Virus record (IMG/VR): IMGVR_UViG_3300013947_000002
Coordinates: 1 to 64,000 of that record
From: a virus
DNA: 64,000 bases
Strand: one strand, 5' to 3'
Both the position numbers and the translations under genes were made by a program. Shown piece after piece: positions 56,346-62,855 of this stretch. The notes beneath the pieces are model-generated. The model was not told the DNA's origin, did no database searches, and saw only the letters and a list, made by a program, of their open reading frames with translations. Within the stretch, counting starts at the first letter, position 1; each line of letters begins with the position of its first letter.

Positions 56346-56375
56346 CCAATTATCAAATGAACGGAGATAACGATT

Positions 56376-56531
56376 ATGCTTAATACTTATTTCAAAATTG
56401 GCGATTATATTTGCCGCGTTGACCGCTATGACCGAGAAACTGGTCTGTGGGGATATCGTTGTGACGATGTACCTGTGTTCAATGGCTGGGCTTGTGAAAA
56501 ATTTATTGAGATGAATAAAATTTGTAGTTGA
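56376..56531 (+). CDS. hypothetical 51-aa protein
   Basis: Hand-found ORF (MLNTYFKIGDYICRVDRYDRETGLWGYRCDD..) with a GGAGA RBS, lying behind the promoter. Confidence 0.45.
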   Translation: MLNTYFKIGDYICRVDRYDRETGLWGYRCDDVPVFNGWACEKFIEMNKICS

Positions 56532-56556
56532 CAAACAGCAAATCGTGTGGTATAAT
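56528..56556 (+). promoter_or_regulatory. consensus sigma-70 promoter
   Basis: TTGACA-17 nt-(TGg)TATAAT. Confidence 0.7.
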
Positions 56557-56653
56557 TAAGAAGCAATGAGGGAATTGGGAAGCCTGATTTGCGGCATTGT
56601 GAACCTCCTGAAAATATAGTCCTGAGCATGACGGTAAAACTGCTCGACAATAT

Positions 56654-56731
56654 GGTAGGGACGCCAATGTGGTATCGGCACCGCCCTTATAAGACGGAGA
56701 TAGTTTGGTTCGAATCCAACCCCTATCACCA
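56654..56731 (+). tRNA. tRNA-like gene, anticodon UAU (Ile-type) if functional, with encoded CCA
   Basis: 7-bp acceptor GGTAGGG/CCCTATC. T arm with GTTCGAATCC. Anticodon loop CUUAUAA. Irregular features: no U8, an A-C in the D stem, a C-A in the anticodon stem, and a bulge or mismatch in the T stem. Confidence 0.45.
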
Positions 56732-56764
56732 CGAAAAAATATAGATAATTAATGAGGCGATAAC

Positions 56765-57028
56765 ATGAAATTGTTCAAAGTATGGGTAGACAAGGTTGAC
56801 TATGACACCTATGATTCGTTTGTGTGTGTAGCAAATAGCGAAGAGGAAATTAGAAACAGTATCAGCGTAGATAGGTATAACAGTCGTGTTATACATTTGG
56901 ACGAGGGTGATGACAAGTATGAAACCTATGTCGCTTTTGAGGATTTTCAGGGCGAAATTCATATTGAAGAGGTAAATCTTGATGTAGATAAGCCATACAT
57001 TGTATGCGCAAGCTATAATGCTGGTTGA
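56765..57028 (+). CDS. hypothetical protein
   Basis: 87 aa with a GAGG RBS. Confidence 0.7.
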   Translation: MKLFKVWVDKVDYDTYDSFVCVANSEEEIRNSISVDRYNSRVIHLDEGDDKYETYVAFEDFQGEIHIEEVNLDVDKPYIVCASYNAG

Positions 57029-57037
57029 GGTGATAAT

Positions 57038-57376
57038 ATGAGACTATATTTCGACATCGATGACTCTTGGTATGAGGGCTATGATAGTTATGATTTTAGA
57101 AAAGACATTGAGTCTGGAATTGTAGAATCGATCACTAATCGTCTATTGTCGGAAGACAAATACAGTTTCGCCGAAGAAGAGGCACGACAAATTGTTAAAG
57201 AAAACAAAACCGAGATTATTGATAAGGTAGTGCAGACAGTCAGTGCTACAATTCTCAAAAAACAAGAAATCAAATTGCTTGCGCCGTCTCTGTCTGAACT
57301 AAAAAATGCTGATGCTCAGGTTGTCAAATATTTTGAGGAAATGGTTGACAAGGCTATTGCTAAGAGGTTTAAGTAA
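57038..57376 (+). CDS. hypothetical protein
   Basis: 112 aa with a GAGGTGA RBS. Confidence 0.7.
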   Translation: MRLYFDIDDSWYEGYDSYDFRKDIESGIVESITNRLLSEDKYSFAEEEARQIVKENKTEIIDKVVQTVSATILKKQEIKLLAPSLSELKNADAQVVKYFEEMVDKAIAKRFK

Positions 57377-57377
57377 T

Positions 57378-57626
57378 ATGGAACAATCTCCGCTAAAAGC
57401 TATACGCGCCCACTGCATCGAATGTAGTTGTGGCTCAACCAGCGAAGTCAAAAATTGCGTCATCCGTGATTGTGAGCTGTGGCCGTTTCGCATGGGCAAC
57501 AATCCATTCCGTACCCGCTCAATGACCGATGAACAGAAGCAAGCTGCGGCTGAACGGCTCAAATCCGCTCGTCTCGCTAAAAAATCTTCATTAAATAATG
57601 TAGAAAATTCTGAACAAGAAGATTAG
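57378..57626 (+). CDS. small Cys4 zinc-finger protein
   Basis: ATG 57378. 'CIECSCGSTSEVKNCVIRDC'. Confidence 0.6.
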   Translation: MEQSPLKAIRAHCIECSCGSTSEVKNCVIRDCELWPFRMGNNPFRTRSMTDEQKQAAAERLKSARLAKKSSLNNVENSEQED

Positions 57627-57792
57627 TAAGGTAAGTTGTAGTGTAAATAATAAAGGAAATTTTATTGATTATTAGTGTATGAATCTTAACGATTGGATTT
57701 GTTTACTTGCTGGAATCGGCTATTCATTGTTTATGTTTGTGTGTGGTGCAGCATGGGCAAGCGACGTGTTGAAAAAATAATTAAAATACCTC

Positions 57793-57821
57793 TTGATAAA
57801 TAAAATCAAATGTGGTATAAT
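57793..57821 (+). promoter_or_regulatory. sigma-70 promoter with extended -10
   Basis: TTGATA-17 nt-(TGg)TATAAT. Confidence 0.65.
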
Positions 57822-57827
57822 TGAGAA

Positions 57828-58830
57828 TGTAAAGATGATGGTGCTACGAAGCCCACAGAGGACACTATCCATGGAGTGCCGAGCTGGGGAATACAGGAGC
57901 AGTAGTAAATGGAGTGAGATGAACAGCCATCATTATATGCCATATGAGGTCTTGAATGCGAATGAGCCAATGGCTGAAATTGCTCATCCAGATTTGGAGT
58001 AGTATTCAAGATATAACCTTAGCATTGCTCGTGCGAGAGGCAAGCCAAGCTAACTGCATATCCTACGTGGAATGTCTGTCTTGGATGGAAAAGAGCGAAT
58101 TAGGGAACGTGCGTGAGATAAATGAGAGAAGCATAAAAGCGGGTCACAGTCGTGTGAAAGACCGTAATGCCAAGTAGGGCGCACCAGTCAATCTGTTCGG
58201 CATAATAAAGGGATTGGGGTTGACGATTATAGAATGGCACATCGGAAAGACGATGATAATATCCGACCGGATTTGAAGATAACCGTCAAATCTATATCAC
58301 GCCTGCACTGGGGTCTGCGCAGAGTTTGAGAAGCGGCAGATACAGACTAGAGAATTGGGGTCGCGCCCAATCGTGCCACGTTAGCATCCATGCAAAAACG
58401 TAACGTCGAAGGTGATATAAGGATGTTATGTAAACAGCATTCACGAGCCGATGCTAGAAGTAGCTATGAGGTAGGAAGTCGGCTTGAGATTGAATATGGA
58501 AGTGTAAGCTAACTGGATAAACCTCGCCAATTTGGTGAGATTGCAAGTTCGATTCTTGTCACTTCTATTCCCCCACATCCATCACGCTTCTGTTTAGCAT
58601 TGCAAGCGTACCACGATGGATGTATAGAAAAGTCTAAAATCCTAGCTTTGTAAGGCTGAACACAAGAATTGGTCACTTGTGAACGGTCTAGTTTATAAGT
58701 TATAATGCTAGTTGCCGAATAGTTGAAAGCTGACCACCTGACGCTATGAGGCAGCGCTCGCCACACTCCCGATTTTAAGATGGTTGCGCAACTGTAAATT
58801 CAATTTAGCCTGAATTTGTAAGGAGTGTGG
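57828..58830 (+). ncRNA. candidate ~1-kb highly structured ncRNA (GOLLD/ROOL-like class or novel)
   Basis: No credible ORF. Long-range helices: 57834-41/57927-34; 58576-83/58615-22 with a nested ACGCTT/AAGCGT; 58761-69/58822-30. Contains an embedded tRNA-shaped module. Preceded by a strong promoter. Confidence 0.55.
58498..58567 (+). other. degenerate tRNA-like module (possible attP core or RNA domain)
   Basis: Acceptor GGAAGTG/CACTTCT (7 bp). T arm GCAAG-TTCGATT-CTTGT. Anticodon-like stem CTCGC/GTGAG. No D stem, no U33 and no CCA. Confidence 0.4.
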
Positions 58831-58917
58831 CAATTCTATCAGGTCAATATGCGCATGAACATAGCGACTTGTTTTAATAAAATTTTATTAGAAATCGAAA
58901 GGAATTTATCAGGAACA

Positions 58918-59193
58918 ATGACAAAGAAGGAACTAATCAAGTATGTTGCTGGCTCGACCGAGCATACCATTAAGGACACAGAAGAAATTGTTGATGAATT
59001 TATCGACTATGTCAAGAATGCGCTGATTGAGCATGAGGATGTAACCATCCACGGCTTCGGCACATTCAAGACCAAGCTACGCGATGCTCGTACAGCTAGA
59101 AACCCCCAGACCGGTGAAACCATTGAAGTCCCTGCCAAGTATGCACTGGCATTTAAGCCGACAAGCACATTCAAGGCGGCTATCAATGAGTGA
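58918..59193 (+). CDS. HU-family histone-like DNA-binding protein
   Basis: 'MTKKELIKYVAG...VTIHGFGTFKTKLRDARTARNPQTGETIEVPAKYALAFKP' is a canonical HU pattern. Confidence 0.85.
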   Translation: MTKKELIKYVAGSTEHTIKDTEEIVDEFIDYVKNALIEHEDVTIHGFGTFKTKLRDARTARNPQTGETIEVPAKYALAFKPTSTFKAAINE

Positions 59194-59206
59194 ATAATCC
59201 TCCTGT

Positions 59207-59245
59207 TAAAAATCCCTATGGTCGAAAGATTGTAGGGATTTTTCT
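59207..59245 (+). terminator. rho-independent terminator
   Basis: Stem AATCCCTA/TAGGGATT followed by TTTT. Confidence 0.7.
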
Positions 59246-59256
59246 AAAAATAACCC

Positions 59257-59285
59257 TTGACAAATCGCCGCTGTGGTGCTATACT
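59257..59285 (+). promoter_or_regulatory. sigma-70 promoter
   Basis: TTGACA-17 nt-TATACT. Confidence 0.65.
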
Positions 59286-59314
59286 TAAACCATCAAATAA
59301 AGGAGCTGAATGAT

Positions 59315-60151
59315 ATGAACGAACTATTTATTATGTCGCTTAAAGCAAAGCATCGTAGTGAGGGTACCATTCGCGAATATACCAAGGCGATCGAGAACTG
59401 CTTGTCGTATGTCAAGAAGCCTGAAACCGACATCAAGCCGATTGACCTTGAGTTGTGGCAGTCCAGCATGAGCAATCTTAGCTCTGCATCCGTAGCACAG
59501 CGCACATCGGCTGTTCGCGAGTATTTCAAGTTCTTGTATCGCAATGAATTTATCAGTCGCAATCCTGCTGATATGCTTGAAGCGCCGAGTATCAAGAATC
59601 GTGAGCAGTCGGCTCTTGATGGAGAGCAGGTCAGAGCGATGATTAACGCCGCAACAAATCTGCGTAACAAGGCGATTATTACGATGCTGGCTCAGACCGG
59701 TCTTCGCATCCATGAGCTTGCCAATATCACGCTTGAGCAGTATCAGAGCCGCAATGGTAATGTGTTGGTCATTCGTGGTAAGGGTGATAAGGATAGGCTG
59801 GTTGGCCTGGCTGATGAGACGATCAAGCTGATTGATAGCTATATTGCTAATGAGCGCAAAGACGGCTGCGAATACCTGTTCGTCGGCAATCGCGGCAATA
59901 AGATGGACGGCAAGAACACCAGTGCTATGCTCAAGGTGTGCGCTAAGAAGGCTGGTATTGAGAATTGGGAGGAGTTGCATATCAGCAATCATACGATGCG
60001 CCGCACGTTTGCTACGATGATGTCCGAAGCCGACGTACCTATTGAGATAATTAGTAAGGCAATGGGGCACTCAGGTTTGGCTATCACGTCCAGATACATC
60101 AAGCGCACCGAGCAGAGAGCGGTCAATGCTATGGCTGTTATGAGTTTTTAA
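59315..60151 (+). CDS. tyrosine recombinase (Xer/integrase family)
   Basis: ATG 59315 (AAAGGAG RBS). Catalytic pattern 'TGLRIHEL', 'HTMRRTFAT' and 'GHSGLAITSRYI' (R..H..R..H..Y). Confidence 0.8.
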   Translation: MNELFIMSLKAKHRSEGTIREYTKAIENCLSYVKKPETDIKPIDLELWQSSMSNLSSASVAQRTSAVREYFKFLYRNEFISRNPADMLEAPSIKNREQSALDGEQVRAMINAATNLRNKAIITMLAQTGLRIHELANITLEQYQSRNGNVLVIRGKGDKDRLVGLADETIKLIDSYIANERKDGCEYLFVGNRGNKMDGKNTSAMLKVCAKKAGIENWEELHISNHTMRRTFATMMSEADVPIEIISKAMGHSGLAITSRYIKRTEQRAVNAMAVMSF

Positions 60152-60169
60152 GTTGAGGAGGATACAACA

Positions 60170-60724
60170 ATGATTCCGTATTCACTGTGGTTAGACGTAC
60201 TGAAAGAATTTGAAGAAAGGATGAAGAAAGACATGAAATTTGAGTACAAATTTTACGAAAAGAATCTAGCGCCAAAGTGGCTAGAGGGCGATTATGATCT
60301 TCATATTGAGGGCAATCGCATGGTTATGACGAGCAAGGATGGCAAGCAGGTTGAGACGCACTGCCATCCAGATGACGATTGGCAGTTACAGGTTGGGCTT
60401 GATGAGCTGAAGGATAGAATGGATAAGGCGAAGAAGCCAAGGGAGATTAAGGTTGGAGATGTTGTTAAAGTAAAGTTCCCGCAGAAGTATGGTTCTACAG
60501 ACTTGACAAGTTTCTTTGAAGAAAACAATATTCCTGTAGAGTGCATTATTCGTGTTGTTCAGGCTAATTCAAACCTTAATATGCCGTCCATTGATTACAA
60601 ATACCGCGTTTTGGCTATTGGATGTTTGTCTGCAAAGAGCGGCAAAAAATTGGCTTTAATCAAAAGCAATGTAACCGCATACCTGTATGTAGTTGACTAT
60701 GACAATCTGAGGTTAGTAGAATGA
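60170..60724 (+). CDS. hypothetical protein
   Basis: 184 aa with a GAGGAGGA RBS. Confidence 0.7.
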   Translation: MIPYSLWLDVLKEFEERMKKDMKFEYKFYEKNLAPKWLEGDYDLHIEGNRMVMTSKDGKQVETHCHPDDDWQLQVGLDELKDRMDKAKKPREIKVGDVVKVKFPQKYGSTDLTSFFEENNIPVECIIRVVQANSNLNMPSIDYKYRVLAIGCLSAKSGKKLALIKSNVTAYLYVVDYDNLRLVE

Positions 60725-61017
60725 TCGAGATGCACAATGAGGTCGTGGAGGCCGTTGTAGAGCAGTACAAGGGCGCTGATGAGGATATTGCGGCTGATTG
60801 CTTGGTATATTTATCTAGCCTAAAAGTCCTGCCATTAGCGTACACAGCGACCACGGCACTAGAATCAATGGGGCGATGCCCTACTTGCGGCTGTAAGCTA
60901 GAGTCATACACTCATAGGGTGTATCATAGCGAAGTTGATGAGCCGCCGTATTATGAGTCAGTCACAGAGGTATATTGCCCATATTGCGACATCAGAGGAG
61001 GAGATTATGTCGGATAA
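60721..61017 (+). CDS. hypothetical Cys-rich protein
   Basis: 98 aa with ATGA overlap. 'CPTCGC...CPYC'. Confidence 0.65.
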   Translation: MIEMHNEVVEAVVEQYKGADEDIAADCLVYLSSLKVLPLAYTATTALESMGRCPTCGCKLESYTHRVYHSEVDEPPYYESVTEVYCPYCDIRGGDYVG

Positions 61018-61216
61018 TAAATTACATGACGTACTGAAAGCCGAACTTGAGCCTAAATTTCAGAGCTATTTCAATCAGGGCTTGATGACCGGCTGGGATG
61101 CTTGTATCTATGAGATTGACAAGCTGACGAACGGCCTGACTTCTGCCAAAGCAATCAAAGAGGTAATTAAGCGCAAGGTGGCTGAAGCCAATACAAGAGG
61201 AAAGAAGAATGGATGA
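61007..61216 (+). CDS. hypothetical small protein
   Basis: ATG 61007 with a GGAGGAG RBS. Confidence 0.6.
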   Translation: MSDNKLHDVLKAELEPKFQSYFNQGLMTGWDACIYEIDKLTNGLTSAKAIKEVIKRKVAEANTRGKKNG

Positions 61217-61288
61217 TGTATGGCGGCTGGGTGTGTTTATGCTTCTATGGCTCGGCTTAATGTTCTATGAAATCAAGAAAGGTGATGT

Positions 61289-61558
61289 ATGAAAGACAAA
61301 AATCATCTATTGCCACTGTGGATTGCTGGCGGCTCGATATTATTTGTATCAGCCGCTATGCCGCTTATTGACTCTATGGTTACATGGATTTCATCGGCTA
61401 TTAATGCGCATATTAACCGTATGCAGATTGACTTAGAGCTTGACCAAAGAGAGGCACAGGCTGCTGCTGAGACGATTAAGCCAACACCTCAGATGACACA
61501 AGCCATTGGGTTTCATGTTGATTCTGAATCTGAATATGAGGATGATGATTATGAGTAA
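61289..61558 (+). CDS. membrane-anchored small protein with acidic tail
   Basis: 89 aa with TM helix 'LLPLWIAGGSILFVSAAMPLI'. Confidence 0.65.
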   Translation: MKDKNHLLPLWIAGGSILFVSAAMPLIDSMVTWISSAINAHINRMQIDLELDQREAQAAAETIKPTPQMTQAIGFHVDSESEYEDDDYE

Positions 61559-61748
61559 ACGCCCCTGCCACGTCTGGCAAATCCCATGTATGCGTTGTGA
61601 TTATCAATCTGATTGCGATAAGTACGTGAAAATTGATAATCGCATGGTTGCACAAAGAGAAAAAATGTGGAATGATGCCGATTTGAATTGTATGGACTGC
61701 ATCTTGAGGACGGTGCTGAAGATGAAGAAGGAGGGCAAGACGGCGTAA
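61551..61748 (+). CDS. hypothetical Cys-rich small protein
   Basis: ATG 61551 overlaps the upstream gene end. Confidence 0.55.
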   Translation: MSKRPCHVWQIPCMRCDYQSDCDKYVKIDNRMVAQREKMWNDADLNCMDCILRTVLKMKKEGKTA

Positions 61749-62071
61749 TGGAATGGATTGAAAAAATTGTATGGCATGAGGTTGTGAGTAGACCGCCTAC
61801 TGAACAAGAAAATGAATGGGCGGCTGAATGTGGACTTGCCGAATCAGAATATCCACCATACGTCTTTGACTGTGAAATGCCAGATGATAACCGTGATATT
61901 CTAGTATTGGGAAAAAGTGGCGATGTGTGGCAGGACACCTGCATGGCTGACGATGGATACGCTGGCTACAATTCGCTATATCTGGATAATCATGGCGATT
62001 GGGATGATGTTGTAGCATGGGCTTATATGCCCACTGGCAAGAGAGATATGGAGGCGGCTGATGCCAGCTAA
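61748..62071 (+). CDS. hypothetical acidic protein
   Basis: ATG 61748 (TAATG overlap). Confidence 0.6.
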   Translation: MEWIEKIVWHEVVSRPPTEQENEWAAECGLAESEYPPYVFDCEMPDDNRDILVLGKSGDVWQDTCMADDGYAGYNSLYLDNHGDWDDVVAWAYMPTGKRDMEAADAS

Positions 62072-62089
62072 ATCATCTGAAAATAATTC

Positions 62090-62118
62090 TTGACATCTAG
62101 TTGATTCTGTGGTATAAT
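62090..62118 (+). promoter_or_regulatory. consensus sigma-70 promoter
   Basis: TTGACA-17 nt-(TGg)TATAAT. Confidence 0.7.
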
Positions 62119-62228
62119 ATAATAGAGGTGAGAAGTGGGTGCGCACCTACGATCTTTAAGGGAAGGTTGCTTGTCTCAATCTTCCCTACTCTAATAAATT
62201 AAATTCTTAGACAAGGAGAATATTAAAT

Positions 62229-62855
62229 ATTAAGAAATTTGGTAAAGAACATCCTAATTTTAAGGGGAATGAGTGGCGTATCGATGGTAATGTTGCAATC
62301 GGTATAGATGCTAGAGGGAATGAATTTTTGATTGATATCGCAGACATGGACGCTGTGAGTTATCATAGATGGAGTGGGCGAGATAAATCATCAAGACGTG
62401 CTTTGGGTGGCATTTATTTTACTGCTAGAATGTCGCGTACAGCACCTACTGGCAACAAAATTAAAATGTTGCAGAATTTTATATGGGAGATACATAATGG
62501 TGAAATTCCTGATGGATATATGGTTGATCATATAAATATGAAGCCCTATGATAACCGCTATTCTAATTTGCGCCTAGCCAATAAGAGTGTCAACGCTTTT
62601 AATGCACAGCGCATAAACAAAGTAAGCAATTGTGGTATTGTAGGCGTTATGAAGGTCAAAGATAATACTAAATATAAAGCTGGTCAATACCGCGCGTATA
62701 TTTCATACGGTGGTAAACGACATGAATTAGGATATTATAAAAATATAGAAGACGCAATTATCGAACGGCTCAAAGCAGAGCTTGAGCATTTTGGAGAAAT
62801 TTGTCCAAATAATAGAGAGTTATATAAAGAGTATGAGGATAGAGTGAATGGTTAA
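62229..62855 (+). CDS. free-standing HNH + AP2-domain homing endonuclease
   Basis: 'VDHINMKPYDNRYSNLRLANKSVN' (HNH) and 'GVMKV...YRAYISYGGKRHELGYYKNIEDAI' (AP2). The conserved-looking N-terminus (WRIDGNVAIGIDARGNEFLID) lies upstream of the track TTG start. An ATT at 62229 lies 9 nt after AAGGAGA. Confidence 0.7.
   Translation: MKKFGKEHPNFKGNEWRIDGNVAIGIDARGNEFLIDIADMDAVSYHRWSGRDKSSRRALGGIYFTARMSRTAPTGNKIKMLQNFIWEIHNGEIPDGYMVDHINMKPYDNRYSNLRLANKSVNAFNAQRINKVSNCGIVGVMKVKDNTKYKAGQYRAYISYGGKRHELGYYKNIEDAIIERLKAELEHFGEICPNNRELYKEYEDRVNG

Noticed and set aside
56563-56731. tmRNA or two-piece tmRNA
   Set aside because: The transcript is only about 170 nt. I found no tag reading frame ending in a hydrophobic ..LAA-type peptide. 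The acceptor stem pairs locally as an ordinary cloverleaf, not between the transcript's 5' and 3' ends.
57793-58766. Track ORFs inside the large RNA region (57793-58002, 57956-58177, 58509-58766 minus) and inside 33.6-34.5 kb (33917-34272 plus, 34086-34280 minus)
   Set aside because: They are short and mutually overlapping in different frames. They have no Shine-Dalgarno sequence and their composition is unlike that of neighbouring genes. The regions pair into helices instead.
59324-60070. 248-aa minus-strand ORF antisense to the recombinase gene (and 59293-59670)
   Set aside because: It lies fully inside a gene with clear tyrosine-recombinase catalytic motifs. It has no RBS and its composition is rich in Arg, Leu and other antisense-type residues.
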